Shown here piece after piece: positions 47,016 to 57,102 of a stretch of 64,000 bases of DNA. The position numbers and the translations under genes were made by a program. Source of the stretch: Deltaproteobacteria bacterium. Lineage in GTDB: Bacteria > Desulfobacterota > Desulfomonilia > UBA1062. The stretch covers positions 4,173 through 68,172 of the forward strand of contig JAKLDU010000001.1 of the NCBI GenBank assembly GCA_022703355.1. Direction: 5' to 3'. A model generated the notes under the pieces. The model saw only the letters and a list, made by a program, of their open reading frames with translations. It had not been told where the DNA came from and ran no database searches. Within the stretch, counting starts at the first letter, position 1; each line of letters starts with the position of its first letter.

Positions 47016-48959
47016 TCAGAGGACGTGGGCGATGGTCCCTGCGACGACGAGCGCCACCGCCGTGTTCAGGGCGACGGAGGCGGCGGCCACCTTCCACCCC
47101 CCTTCCTTCCACAGGGTGGAGATGGTGGCGATGCAGGGGATGTAGAGCACGGTGAAGACCACGAGCACCAGGAGCTGCACCGGGGAAAGGACGGAGGCGA
47201 CGTTCGCCGTGCCCAGCGCCGATTCGAGCATGATGAGCGTGAGCTCCTTCCTGAAGATGCCCAGGAACAGGGTGATCCCCAGGTTTTCCGGGAGGTCGAG
47301 GACGAAGGCGGTGACCGGGGAGAGCGCCGCGTTCACGTACGCGTCGACGCCCGCGTGCGCCATGACCGCCAGCACGATGCTCGAGATTGCGATCACCGGC
47401 CAGGCGAAGGCCAGGAACTCGTAGGTCATGGCCCAGACCTTCCTGAGCACGATGCCCGCGTAGGGTCTCCTTAAAGGCGGCACGTCCATGATGATCCCCG
47501 GCGACGTCTCGACGTTGAACCGCGACAGGAGGAACGACATCGCCAGGGCCACGGCGATGTTCCCCAGGTAGATGAGCGTGGCATACCCCGCCCCCAGGTA
47601 CTTGCCCGCCAGGGCCATGATGATCACGGTGCGCGCCGAGCACGAGATGAAGGGGACCACCAGGAGGGTGATGATCCGGTCGCGCTCGTACTCGAGGTTC
47701 CGGGCGGCCATGATGGCAGGCACGTTGCAGCCGTAGCCCAGGATGAGGGGCACCACGGACTTCCCGTGCAGCCCGAACCGGTGCAGCAGGCCGTCCATCA
47801 TGAAGGCGATGCGCGGCAGCAGCCCGGTGTCCTCCAAAAGCGACATGAGGGTGAGGAGCGGCACGAGAAAAGGCAGGACGATGCCCAGGCCCGCGGTGAC
47901 CCCGTCCCAGAGGCCCGCGGCGAGGATCAGCACGTTTCCGCTCAGCAATCCCGGAAGCTGCCGGCCGACGAGGTCGAGCGGCCCCTCGAGCAGGCCCGAG
48001 AGGAGGTCGCCCAGCCAGAACGAGGTGGAGAACATGAGGAAGATCAGGGCCGCAAACGCGATCAGCCCGCCTGCGGGGTTGATGATGAAGCTGTCGACGG
48101 CCTCCCCGAAGGAGAGCTTCGCCCTCGACTTCACCACGGCCACGTCCTCGAAGAGGTCCATGACCATGGCGTGGCGGTGCGACGCGAAGACCCCGGTCTC
48201 GGGCCAGGCGTGGACCTCCGCCAGGAAGCGCCGGTTTTCCCGGACGAACTGGAGGAACGCGGGGTCGGCCTCCTGGGCCAGGGCCTCGAACTCCGGGTCC
48301 ATCTCCAGGAGCCTGATGATGACGAAGCGCTCGTTCACCCGGGCGAGCTCCCCCAGGGATTGCGGGTAGCGGCTCGCGATGCGGGCGATGCACTCCTCCA
48401 CGTCCTTGTCGTACACGGGCTTCCGGTAGCGGTACGCCTCCCGGGAGACCTTGAACGCGGCCCTGAAGAGCTCGTGCACGCCGCTGCCCTGCGCCGCCAC
48501 GAGGGGGCAGGCCTCCACGCCGGTGAGGGAAGCGAGCTTCGCCGCGTCGATGGCGATCCCCTTTTTCTGGGCCTCGTCGAACATGTTCAGGGCGATGACC
48601 ATGGGGACGTCCATCTCCATGAGCTGGATGGTGAGCTCCAGCGAGCGGGCCAGCGTGGAGGAGTCGAGCACGTTGATGATGACGTCCACGCTCCCGGAGA
48701 GGAGGTAGTCCCGGGCCACCTTCTCGGCGATGTCGTGGGCCGAGATGGAGTAGGTCCCGGGCAGGTCGATGAGCTTCACGGTGCGGCCCTCGAAAAAGAC
48801 CCTCGTCTCGGTGTAGGCCACGGTGGTGCCGGAGAAGTTGCCGGTGTTCACCTTGAACCCGGCCACGGCGTTGAACAGGGTGGATTTCCCGCAGTTGGGC
48901 TGCCCGGCCAGGGCTATGACCAGCTCGTCACCGGGGCTCTTCGTTGCGGATCTCGACAT
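47016..48959 (-). CDS. feoB: Ferrous iron transport protein B (FeoB)
   Basis: 647 aa. G-domain (IALAGQPNCGKSTLFN, DLPGTYS). GDI-like region. Polytopic permease domain. Canonical FeoB. Annotated start overlaps the feoA 3' end by 32 nt. Confidence 0.95.
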   Translation of the reverse strand: MSRSATKSPGDELVIALAGQPNCGKSTLFNAVAGFKVNTGNFSGTTVAYTETRVFFEGRTVKLIDLPGTYSISAHDIAEKVARDYLLSGSVDVIINVLDSSTLARSLELTIQLMEMDVPMVIALNMFDEAQKKGIAIDAAKLASLTGVEACPLVAAQGSGVHELFRAAFKVSREAYRYRKPVYDKDVEECIARIASRYPQSLGELARVNERFVIIRLLEMDPEFEALAQEADPAFLQFVRENRRFLAEVHAWPETGVFASHRHAMVMDLFEDVAVVKSRAKLSFGEAVDSFIINPAGGLIAFAALIFLMFSTSFWLGDLLSGLLEGPLDLVGRQLPGLLSGNVLILAAGLWDGVTAGLGIVLPFLVPLLTLMSLLEDTGLLPRIAFMMDGLLHRFGLHGKSVVPLILGYGCNVPAIMAARNLEYERDRIITLLVVPFISCSARTVIIMALAGKYLGAGYATLIYLGNIAVALAMSFLLSRFNVETSPGIIMDVPPLRRPYAGIVLRKVWAMTYEFLAFAWPVIAISSIVLAVMAHAGVDAYVNAALSPVTAFVLDLPENLGITLFLGIFRKELTLIMLESALGTANVASVLSPVQLLVLVVFTVLYIPCIATISTLWKEGGWKVAAASVALNTAVALVVAGTIAHVL

Positions 48960-49167
48960 GCGCTGCGATCTTTCTCCCGATCATGGTGCGGGCGCCGGTG
49001 GCCACGTCCTCCACGAGGATGGGGCCCTTGAACGGCGCGGTCTGGACGACGCGGATCTTCTTGCCTGCGTAGAGCCCCAGCGAGGCCATCCTCGCGAGGA
49101 CGCCCCTGCCCCCCGTTATCCCGGCGATGACCGCCAGGGCCCCCTGCCCGAGGTCGTCGAGCTTCAC
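48928..49167 (-). CDS. feoA: Ferrous iron transport protein A (FeoA, SH3-like)
   Basis: 79 aa from GTG (VKLDDLGQGALAVIAGITGGRGVLARMASLGLYAGKKIRVVQTAPFKGPILVEDVATGARTMIGRKIAAHVEI). Overlaps the fur stop (GTGA). Confidence 0.8.
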   Translation of the reverse strand: MKLDDLGQGALAVIAGITGGRGVLARMASLGLYAGKKIRVVQTAPFKGPILVEDVATGARTMIGRKIAAHVEIRNEEPR

Positions 49168-49664
49168 GGGGCGACCTCCCTCCCCCGGCACTCGGGGCAG
49201 ATGCCCACGAGCTCGAGGTGGTGCCGCTCGAGGGTGAACCCGTGCTCCCGGGCCACGGCCTCCTGCAGGACCTCGATGGCGGGGTAGACGAACTCCCTCT
49301 TCGTGCCGCAGCGGGAGCACACGAGGTGGTCGTGGTGCTCGTGGCCCCAGGTGTGCTCGTACCAGGCGCCGCCCGAGCGGGTGTCTTCCTGCACCACGGC
49401 CCGCCGGATGATCCCCGCCTCGATGAGCAGGGCGAGGTTGCGGTAGATGGTGACCAGGGAGAGGGCATAGCCCTGGTCTTTCAGGAGCTTGAGGAGGTGG
49501 TCGGCGTGGAAGTGGTCCTTCATGCTGCAAACTGTTTTCAATAGGACCAGACGCTCTTCCGTGAGCCGCCCCCGGTGAGAGCGCAGAATATCTTCCAGTT
49601 TGTCAAAACAGAACCCGTGGGCCCGACAGGCTGAGCACTCCGGCTTGATGATTTCTTGTCGCAT
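49164..49664 (-). CDS. fur: Fur-family metalloregulator with N-terminal CxxC-containing extension
   Basis: 166 aa from ATG at 49664 (MRQEIIKPECSACRAHGFCF...). DNA-binding and dimerisation domains with HHDH and CxxC (LVCSRCG ... ICPECR) metal sites. First gene of a fur-feoA-feoB operon. Confidence 0.85.
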   Translation of the reverse strand: MRQEIIKPECSACRAHGFCFDKLEDILRSHRGRLTEERLVLLKTVCSMKDHFHADHLLKLLKDQGYALSLVTIYRNLALLIEAGIIRRAVVQEDTRSGGAWYEHTWGHEHHDHLVCSRCGTKREFVYPAIEVLQEAVAREHGFTLERHHLELVGICPECRGREVAP

Positions 49665-49989
49665 ATTGTTTTCAATAATGATGAGCACAGGTTTTGTCAA
49701 GGAAGAACAGGGGCGCCCACGGCCCGACCCGATGGGCGGGACCACCCTGGCCCGGGGGCCAGGGGAGCGGCGAGGTGGCCTGCGGTCGACGCCTTCAGCC
49801 CGGAGCGGGTCACCGTCGTTCCCGGCCCGGGGAGTTTCTTTTCCCGTCCACAGCGCATCCTTCGGTCGCCATACCCTCTCCCCGCTCCCTTCGCCCCGGG
49901 GTATTGCGCCCGGAACCCCACCTGTTATTACTTTAAACACAGGGTGGCAAATCGGCCCGGGTCGTTGGCCAGGAGGAGGGACTAAGGGC

Positions 49990-51747
49990 ATGAGCCCGAC
50001 AGGATACCACGATGCCCGGTTCAGGACCGTTGCCGACATGCTCCGGGGCAGGGCTGACCTGCAGCCGGAAGGCGTCGCCTGTGTTTTTCTCGAATTTCCC
50101 GCCGGGGAAGAGATCGTCGAGCAGACGGCGACCTACGGGGGGCTCCATGCATGGGCCTGCCGGATCGCTGCGGGCCTCAGGGAGCGCCATGCCCGGGGCG
50201 ACCGCACCGTCCTGCTCTACCCCCCGGGGCTGGAGTACATCGCGGCGTTCTTCGCCTGCCAGTACGCCGGCGTCATCGCGGTTCCCTCCTATCCGCCCTT
50301 CTCGCACCGGCACGTCACGCAGCTCCTTTCCCTCCTGGATAACGCCAGGCCCCGGAGCGTGCTTTCTTCCCGGGCCGTCCTGGACGTGGCGAGGCCAGCC
50401 CTGGAGAAGGTCCTTAAGGCCCGGGGCAAGTGGGAATGGCTCTGCACGGAAGACCTCGAGGGCAGCGGCGCCCCGGACCTCAGGGGCGGCGAGAGCCCCG
50501 TCTCCTTCCTCCAGTACACCTCGGGGTCGACCTCGAAGCCCCGGGGGGTCGTGCTTTCCCACGAGAACCTCCTGCACAACCTGCACCTCATCGAGGAGTG
50601 CTTTGGCCATCACGGGGGCAGCCGCGGGGTCATCTGGCTGCCGCCCTACCACGACATGGGGCTCATCGGCGGGATCCTCCAGCCCGTCTACGCCGGGTTC
50701 CCCGTGTACCTGCTCTCGCCGCTGAGCTTCCTGAAGAAGCCCCTGCGGTGGCTTCAGGTCATCACGAAGTACCGGGCCACCACGAGCGGGGGGCCGAACT
50801 TCGCCTACGAGCTCTGCCTCCGGAAGGTCTCCCCGGGGGAGCGCGCCTCCCTCGACCTGAGCTCCTGGGACCTGGCGTTCTCCGGGGCCGAGCCCGTCCA
50901 GCCCTCCACCCTGGAGCGGTTCTCCCGGGCCTTCGGGCCCTGCGGGTTCGACGCGAAGGCCTTCTACCCCTGCTACGGCCTGGCGGAGTCCACCCTCATC
51001 GTGACCGGGGGGTCGAAGGCGGCGCCGCCGCGGGTGACCGCCTTCGACAGCGAGGCGCTCCTCCAGAACGAGGTCAGAAAGCGGGAGGGCGACGGGGACG
51101 GGGGCAGGCCCTACGCAGGCTGCGGGACAGCCCTGGAGCACGGCCGGATCGTCATCGTTCACCCGGCGTCCATGACCCCCTGCAGGCCGGGGGTCGTGGG
51201 GGAGATCTGGGTCAGCGGGCCGAGCGTGGCATCGGGCTACTGGGACAATCCCGAAGAGGGGCGTGAAACCTTCGGGGCATACCTTGCGGACACGGGCGAG
51301 GGGCCGTTCCTCCGGACAGGGGACCTGGGCTTTTTCCACGAAGGGGAGCTTTTCGTCGTGGGCAGGCTCAAGGACACCATCATCCTCAGGGGCAGGAACG
51401 TCTACCCCCAGGACATCGAGAAGACGGCCGAGGAAAGCCACCCCGGCCTGCGCAGGGGCTGCAACGCGGCCTTTGCCATAGACGTGCAGAACGAGAACCG
51501 TGTGGTGCTCCTGCAGGAGCTCGAGCAGGACTGCGTCGAGCTCGAGGTGGCGTTGGCGGAAAACATCCGCTCGAGCATCCGCAGAGCGGTGGCTGTCAAC
51601 CTCGGCATCCAGGTGCACGAGGTGGTGCTCATCAGGAGCAACACCCTCCTGAAGACCACGAGCGGCAAGATCCGCAGGAGCGCCTGCCGCACGGAGTACC
51701 TGTCCGGGAACCTCGAGACCGTCCCCTGCGGGCCCGGCAGGGGGTGA
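49990..51747 (+). CDS. Fatty-acyl-AMP ligase (FAAL) / AMP-dependent synthetase, stand-alone
   Basis: 585 aa from ATG at 49990 (in frame with ORF 49600..51747). YTSGSTSKPRGV (A3 motif), YGLAES, RTGDLG, SGKIRRSA. FAAL-type insertion and N-terminal pattern (VACVFLEF...YGGLHAWACRIAAGL). Confidence 0.85.
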   Translation: MSPTGYHDARFRTVADMLRGRADLQPEGVACVFLEFPAGEEIVEQTATYGGLHAWACRIAAGLRERHARGDRTVLLYPPGLEYIAAFFACQYAGVIAVPSYPPFSHRHVTQLLSLLDNARPRSVLSSRAVLDVARPALEKVLKARGKWEWLCTEDLEGSGAPDLRGGESPVSFLQYTSGSTSKPRGVVLSHENLLHNLHLIEECFGHHGGSRGVIWLPPYHDMGLIGGILQPVYAGFPVYLLSPLSFLKKPLRWLQVITKYRATTSGGPNFAYELCLRKVSPGERASLDLSSWDLAFSGAEPVQPSTLERFSRAFGPCGFDAKAFYPCYGLAESTLIVTGGSKAAPPRVTAFDSEALLQNEVRKREGDGDGGRPYAGCGTALEHGRIVIVHPASMTPCRPGVVGEIWVSGPSVASGYWDNPEEGRETFGAYLADTGEGPFLRTGDLGFFHEGELFVVGRLKDTIILRGRNVYPQDIEKTAEESHPGLRRGCNAAFAIDVQNENRVVLLQELEQDCVELEVALAENIRSSIRRAVAVNLGIQVHEVVLIRSNTLLKTTSGKIRRSACRTEYLSGNLETVPCGPGRG

Positions 51748-51958
51748 AGCCCCCAGGAGGTGCTGTTGCCCGGGGCGTCAGGTGGCGGTGAAGCTCACCC
51801 GGCCGCCCGGCTCGGCACGGGCGAGGGTGAACGCCCCGGCCGAAGGCTTCCGTGGCAGGGGCAGGTCCAACCGGGGGCACGGAAGCCCCGCAGCCAAGAT
51901 GGCCAAGGACGCCGTTGACGGCGCAGGTCCACCCGGGGCACGGACGCCCCCCCAGGCT

Positions 51959-52867
51959 TCACGGGGCGGGGTTCTCCCCCTCCCCGGCGCTGCCGGCGTC
52001 TTCCGGGGCTGACGGACCGGTGGTGCTTTCCGGGAGGGACAGGGGCTCGAGCCCTTCGTCCTGCCCCTCCCCGGCTGGGGCGGACACCCCGGTGGTGCCG
52101 GTCAGCGACCCCAGGCCGGAATCCCCTTCCCCGGGCTCGTCGGGGGCGTTCATGACCTCTTCGAACTCGGGTATGACGATGCCCCTTTTGACCATGATGC
52201 GGTAGATGAGCCTCGAACGGGCCAGCACGTAGCGCTTGCCCCCCGTGGGATTGTAGCGGATGGGGTTGGGCAGGACGCTCGCGAGCTTCGCCGCCTCTTC
52301 CGCGGTGAGGGCCCTGGCGTTCTTGCCATAGTAATGCCGGGAAGCCGCCTGGATGCCGAAGATCCCGTCACCCCACTCGGCGGCGTTGACGTAGAGCTCC
52401 ACGATCCGCTTCTTCGAGAGGTTACGCTCCAGGCGCCAGGTGTAGATGGCCTCCTTGATCTTCCTCAGGGGGGTCTTCGCCGGGGAGAGGTACAGGTTCT
52501 TGGCCAGCTGCTGGGAAATGGTGGAACCACCGGCCGAGAGCTTCTTCTTTTTCAGGTCCTCCTCGAGCGCCCGCTGAATGGCCTTGAAGTCGAAGCCTTC
52601 GTGCCTCCAGAACTTGTCGTCCTCCGCGATGATGACCGCCTTGATGAGATACGGGGAAACCTTCCTGAGGGGCACCCACGTCCAGGAGATCTTTCGGTCG
52701 AGGCCCTGCTTCTCCCACTGCTTCTCGCGGTATTTCATGAAGGCCGTCTTTTCGAACCGCTCGCCCTTGAGGGCCGAGACGTCGGGATACACGAAGCACA
52801 AGGCGATGTCCGCCCCCACGAATGCGAGGACCGCGACAAGTGGGTAAATCAGCAGCTTCTTGAGCAT
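51959..52867 (-). CDS. mtgA: Monofunctional biosynthetic peptidoglycan transglycosylase (GT51) with low-complexity C-terminal tail
   Basis: Start at M15 of ORF 51959..52909 (MLKKLLIYPLVAVLAF... TM anchor). GT51 motifs: EDDKFWRHEGFD, GGSTISQQLAKN, RKIKEAIYTWRLE. Confidence 0.88.
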   Translation of the reverse strand: MLKKLLIYPLVAVLAFVGADIALCFVYPDVSALKGERFEKTAFMKYREKQWEKQGLDRKISWTWVPLRKVSPYLIKAVIIAEDDKFWRHEGFDFKAIQRALEEDLKKKKLSAGGSTISQQLAKNLYLSPAKTPLRKIKEAIYTWRLERNLSKKRIVELYVNAAEWGDGIFGIQAASRHYYGKNARALTAEEAAKLASVLPNPIRYNPTGGKRYVLARSRLIYRIMVKRGIVIPEFEEVMNAPDEPGEGDSGLGSLTGTTGVSAPAGEGQDEGLEPLSLPESTTGPSAPEDAGSAGEGENPAP

Positions 52868-53082
52868 GATCGTGAGGCCCCCATCCCGATTCTGGTGCAC
52901 GTGGAGCACCTCATAGAATAATTTTCAAAAAAGATCAAATCCTGGACGTACGGTGGGGCAGGGGCAAGAGCCGGGTTCGGTGAAGGAACTCTTTCAGGAG
53001 GAGCCTGAACCCCGGCCCCTCCCGACTTGGGGCCTGAGCCCGGAAAGCGGGCTGCGGCCCTCCTCGTTCATCCGGGGGACGG

Positions 53083-53532
53083 TCAGGCCCGGACGATGAG
53101 GACCTCGGACGTGGCGCGTTCGGCGACCCGGTCCGCCACGTTCCCCATGAGATGGCCCATGAGGCCCGACTTCCCGTGGGAGGCGATGACGATGAGGTCG
53201 ATGTCCTTGTCCCGCTGCTCCTGCAGGATCACGTCGTAGGGCACGCCCCTCTGGACGTCGAAGTCGATCTCCACGGCCGGCCTGCCGGCCACCGTGTTCA
53301 CCTCATGCTCCATGAGTTCCCGGGATTTGCTTACGCTTTCTTTTTCGATCTGGTCCATCGTTTCCCTGGGCAGGCAGTAGTCCGCCACGCACTGCTGGAT
53401 GCCCTTGTCGACCACGTGGAGGAGATAGACCTTGGAGTTGAACTTCTCCGCGATGTCCAGTGCCTGTCTCAGGGCCTTGTCCGAATGTTCGGAAAAGTCC
53501 GTCGGGACCAGGATGTTTTTCGGTTCGAACAT
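53083..53532 (-). CDS. Universal stress protein (UspA family)
   Basis: 149 aa. MFEPKNILVPTDFSEHSDKAL..A.. ...VIASHGKSGLMGHLMGNVADRV (ATP-binding G-x2-G-x9-G(S/T)). Confidence 0.9.
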   Translation of the reverse strand: MFEPKNILVPTDFSEHSDKALRQALDIAEKFNSKVYLLHVVDKGIQQCVADYCLPRETMDQIEKESVSKSRELMEHEVNTVAGRPAVEIDFDVQRGVPYDVILQEQRDKDIDLIVIASHGKSGLMGHLMGNVADRVAERATSEVLIVRA

Positions 53533-53944
53533 TTTCAGTCCCTCCTTTCTGAGGTTCTTTACCGCTGCAGCTTATAGTAGTTTCCCGGGGGTGGAATTCA
53601 ATGGCTGCCCGCGCCCCGGGTGTTACGGGATGGCCGCGGTCCGGGAAAAGGCAGACTCCCGGTATTGATTCCCATGATCTTCGGATTCGAGCTGAAACTC
53701 GAGCCCGGCGACGACGGGGAAGGCATCCTCCGGGCATTGGTTCCACTGATCTGGCTTGTCCCTCTGCATCCGGATGGCCTCCGGCGAGGTTTTTCGAGAG
53801 GGGTTGTCGGGCAGGAAGGGCGGGCGCAGAGCGCCCGGAGGAGCGAAACCCTTTAACCGCATGAGCTCAGGGGGTCAGGAAGGAATAGCCAGGGGACTCA
53901 ACGAGGAAACCCTTCTCCCGCATGAGCTTTTCAAGGGGGGGGGG

Positions 53945-56900
53945 TCAGGGGCGTTCTTTCCTGATCCGGGCCCCGAGCTTTTCCTTCCAGTCGTCGAAGA
54001 GGTCGTAGGCGGCGGGCACCACCGCTAAAGTGAGGAAGAGCGAGGTGATGAGGCCGCCGATAACCGTGACGCCCATGGGCGAACGGATGTCCGAGCCCTC
54101 GCCCACGCCCAGGGCCACGGGCATCATGCCCAGGACCATGGCGAAGGTGGTCATGAGGATGGGCCGCAGCCGCACGGGGCCCGCCTGCATGATGGCGTCC
54201 CGCCGGGACATGCCCCGCGCCCTGAGCGTGTTGGTGTAGTCCACGAGCAGGATGGAGTTCTTCTTCACGAGCCCCATGAGCAGGATGAAGCCGATGAAGC
54301 TCACGATGGAGATGGACTTGCCCGTCATGAGGAGCGCGCCGAAGGCGCCGATGAAGGAGAGCGGCATGGCCAGGAGCACGGTGACCGGGTGCAAAAAGCT
54401 TTCGAACTGGGAGGCGAGCACCATGTAGGCGAGCAGAATGCCCAGCATGATGGCGAACAGGAGGTACTTGAACGACCTGCCCATTTCCTCGGCCTCGCCC
54501 ACGTAGCTGGTAGTGTAGCCCGGGGGCAGGGTCCTGGCCGCGATGGCGTCGAGCTCGGTCATGGCCGTGCCCAGGGGCTTGCCCTCGAGGTTGGCGAAGA
54601 GCCACAGCGAGCGCTGGCGGTCCCTGCGGGTGATCAGGCTGGGGCCGCCCCCCTCCACGATGTTCACCACGTTGCCCAGTTCCACGAGCCTGCCGTCGCT
54701 GGCCCGCACATACAGCCTGCCGATGTCTTCGGGGCTTGCCCGGTTCTCCGGGTTGAGCCTCACGCGCACGTCGTAGCGCCTGCCCCGGGCGTCGTCCTTG
54801 AACTTGGTGATGTCCACCTCGCCGGAGATGAGCAGGTTGACGGCCTCGGCGATGGTCGCGGTGCTCACGCCCAGGTCGGAGGCCTTGTTCCGGTCGATGA
54901 AGACGCTGAGCTCGGGCTTGCCCACCTCCAGGGAGGTGTCCACGTCGACGATGCCCGGCAGCTTCGCGAACTCCGAGGCGATGGCCTTGGTGTACCTCCG
55001 CTGCTCCTCGGGCGTGCCCCCGCTGATGACGTACTGCACCGGGAGGTTCCGGATGCCGCCGCCGAGCATGGAGACCTCCTCGATGGTGGTCTTCAGGCCG
55101 GGGATGGCGCCGAGCTTCTTCCTGAGCTCCGCCATGATCTCCTGCTGGGTTTTTTCCCTCTCCGCCCGCGGCAGGAGGCGCGTGAAGATCGTGCCCTTGT
55201 TGATCTGGCCCGTCCCGCCCTGGCCCATGCCCTGGGCGAAGAAGGCGCCTTTGACCTCCGGCCTGGCCCGCACGATGCCCTCGGCCTGGGAAAACAGGTC
55301 GCCCGCCTTCTCCAGGGAGTAGTCGACAGGGGACTCCATCCTCACCACGAACTGGCTCTGGTCCTCGGACGGCTTGAACTCCTTGCCGATGAACTTCACC
55401 ATGTACATGCTCAGGGCGAAGAGAACCAGCGCGCCCAAGAGCACGGCCCCCCGGTGGTCAAGGCTGAACCTCAGGACGGGCCGGTAGCCCGCCACGATTT
55501 TTTCGTGGACGCCTTCGAGCATGCTTCCCAGCCTGGCCCAGAACGCCGACTTCTTTTCCCGCCTCAGGTGCTCCTCGTGGGTCAGGAGGAAGATGGAGGA
55601 AAGCATGGGGGTCAGCGTGAGCGAGACGAGGAGGGAGACGAGGACGGAGAAGACGACGGTGAGGGCGAACTGCAGGAAGAACCGCCCGATGATGCCCTTC
55701 ATGAAGGCCACGGGCAGGAAGATGACCACGATGGCCAGCGTGGTGGCCAGGACCGCAAGGCCGATCTCGGAGGTGGCGAAGGCCGCGGCCTCCCGGGGGG
55801 GCATGCCTTCTTCGATGTGGCGGTAGATGTTCTCGATGACGATGATGGCGTCGTCGATGAGGATGCCCACGGAGAGGGTGAGCGCGAGCATGGTGAGGTT
55901 GTTGAAGGTGAAGTCGAAGAGGCGCATGACGGCGAAGGTGGAGATGATGGAGACGGGCAGGGCAACGGCGGCGATGAGGGTGGAGCGGATGTTCCTGAGG
56001 AAGACGAAGACCGCGATGACCGCCAGGATGGAGCCCAGGATGAGGTGCTCGCGCACCTGGTTCATGGAGTTGACGATGAAGGTGGACTGGTCGAAGGCGA
56101 TGTTCAGCCTGATGCCCGGCGGCAGGGTCTTCTCGATGCGCCCGATCTCCGCCTTGACGTTCTCCACCACCTGCACGGTGTTGGTTCCCGTCTGCTTCTG
56201 GATGCCGATGCCGATGGCCGGGACGCCGTTGTACTTGGCGTAGGACCTGCGCTCCTCCATCCCGTCCTCGGCGCGCCCGATGTCCCTGATGCGCACGGGG
56301 GCGCCCTGGGAGTAGGCGACGATGAGGTCGTCGAACTCGGAGACGCTCTTCATCGAGCCCTTGACCTTGATGGAAAACTCCTTGGTCTTCGACTCGATGC
56401 GGCCGCCGGGGAGCTCCACGTTTTCCCTGCCCAGCGCCAGCGCGATGTCGCTCGGGGCGATGCCGTAGGCCCTGAGCTTGTCGCCGTCGAGCCAGATCCT
56501 GACCTGCCTCTTCTGGAGGCCGCCCAGCAGGAGGGCGCCCACGCCCTCGGTCCTCTGGAGCTGCTCCTTGAGCACCTCGTCCACGTAGGTGGAAAGCTCC
56601 ACCTGGGTTTTCTGCCCGGTGACCGCGATCCACATGACCGGGCTCGAATCGGTGTTGACCTTCATGATCACGGGCTCGCTGATGTCGTCCGGGAGCTTGG
56701 AGCGCACCGCGGCGATCTGCTCGCGCACGTCCTGCACCGCGATGTCGATGTCGCGTTCGAGCTGGAACTCAACGATGATGCTCGAGGCCCCTTCGAGGCT
56801 CGTGGAGGTGATGGTCTTCACCCCGTTGATGGTGTTCACCGCCTCTTCGATCTTGTCCGTGACGTCGATGTCCATGATCTCGGGGCTGGCCCCCTTGAGG

Positions 56901-57049
56901 GTGGTGGTGACGCTCACAATGGGGAAGTCGACCTTGGGGAACAGGTCCACCCCGATCTCGGAGAAGGAGACCATTCCCAGGACCACCAGGCCCAGGATGA
57001 ACATGGTGGCGAAGACCGGCCGCCTGATCGACGTATCAGAGATCCACAT
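53945..57049 (-). CDS. RND multidrug efflux transporter permease (HAE1/AcrB family)
   Basis: 1034 aa. MWISDTSIRRPVFATMFILGLVVLG..., 12 TM segments, two large periplasmic loops. Confidence 0.95.
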   Translation of the reverse strand: MWISDTSIRRPVFATMFILGLVVLGMVSFSEIGVDLFPKVDFPIVSVTTTLKGASPEIMDIDVTDKIEEAVNTINGVKTITSTSLEGASSIIVEFQLERDIDIAVQDVREQIAAVRSKLPDDISEPVIMKVNTDSSPVMWIAVTGQKTQVELSTYVDEVLKEQLQRTEGVGALLLGGLQKRQVRIWLDGDKLRAYGIAPSDIALALGRENVELPGGRIESKTKEFSIKVKGSMKSVSEFDDLIVAYSQGAPVRIRDIGRAEDGMEERRSYAKYNGVPAIGIGIQKQTGTNTVQVVENVKAEIGRIEKTLPPGIRLNIAFDQSTFIVNSMNQVREHLILGSILAVIAVFVFLRNIRSTLIAAVALPVSIISTFAVMRLFDFTFNNLTMLALTLSVGILIDDAIIVIENIYRHIEEGMPPREAAAFATSEIGLAVLATTLAIVVIFLPVAFMKGIIGRFFLQFALTVVFSVLVSLLVSLTLTPMLSSIFLLTHEEHLRREKKSAFWARLGSMLEGVHEKIVAGYRPVLRFSLDHRGAVLLGALVLFALSMYMVKFIGKEFKPSEDQSQFVVRMESPVDYSLEKAGDLFSQAEGIVRARPEVKGAFFAQGMGQGGTGQINKGTIFTRLLPRAEREKTQQEIMAELRKKLGAIPGLKTTIEEVSMLGGGIRNLPVQYVISGGTPEEQRRYTKAIASEFAKLPGIVDVDTSLEVGKPELSVFIDRNKASDLGVSTATIAEAVNLLISGEVDITKFKDDARGRRYDVRVRLNPENRASPEDIGRLYVRASDGRLVELGNVVNIVEGGGPSLITRRDRQRSLWLFANLEGKPLGTAMTELDAIAARTLPPGYTTSYVGEAEEMGRSFKYLLFAIMLGILLAYMVLASQFESFLHPVTVLLAMPLSFIGAFGALLMTGKSISIVSFIGFILLMGLVKKNSILLVDYTNTLRARGMSRRDAIMQAGPVRLRPILMTTFAMVLGMMPVALGVGEGSDIRSPMGVTVIGGLITSLFLTLAVVPAAYDLFDDWKEKLGARIRKERP

Positions 57050-57102
57050 ACACCCTCACCCCGCTCCCCTGCCCGCGAGTCTTCCGGACTGGCGGCTCTG
57101 CG

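Noticed and set aside
49528-49545. Second TGTTTTCAATA motif as a Fur box
   Set aside because: It lies inside the fur coding sequence and only partially matches. It is probably a coincidental repeat of the sequence near the fur start.
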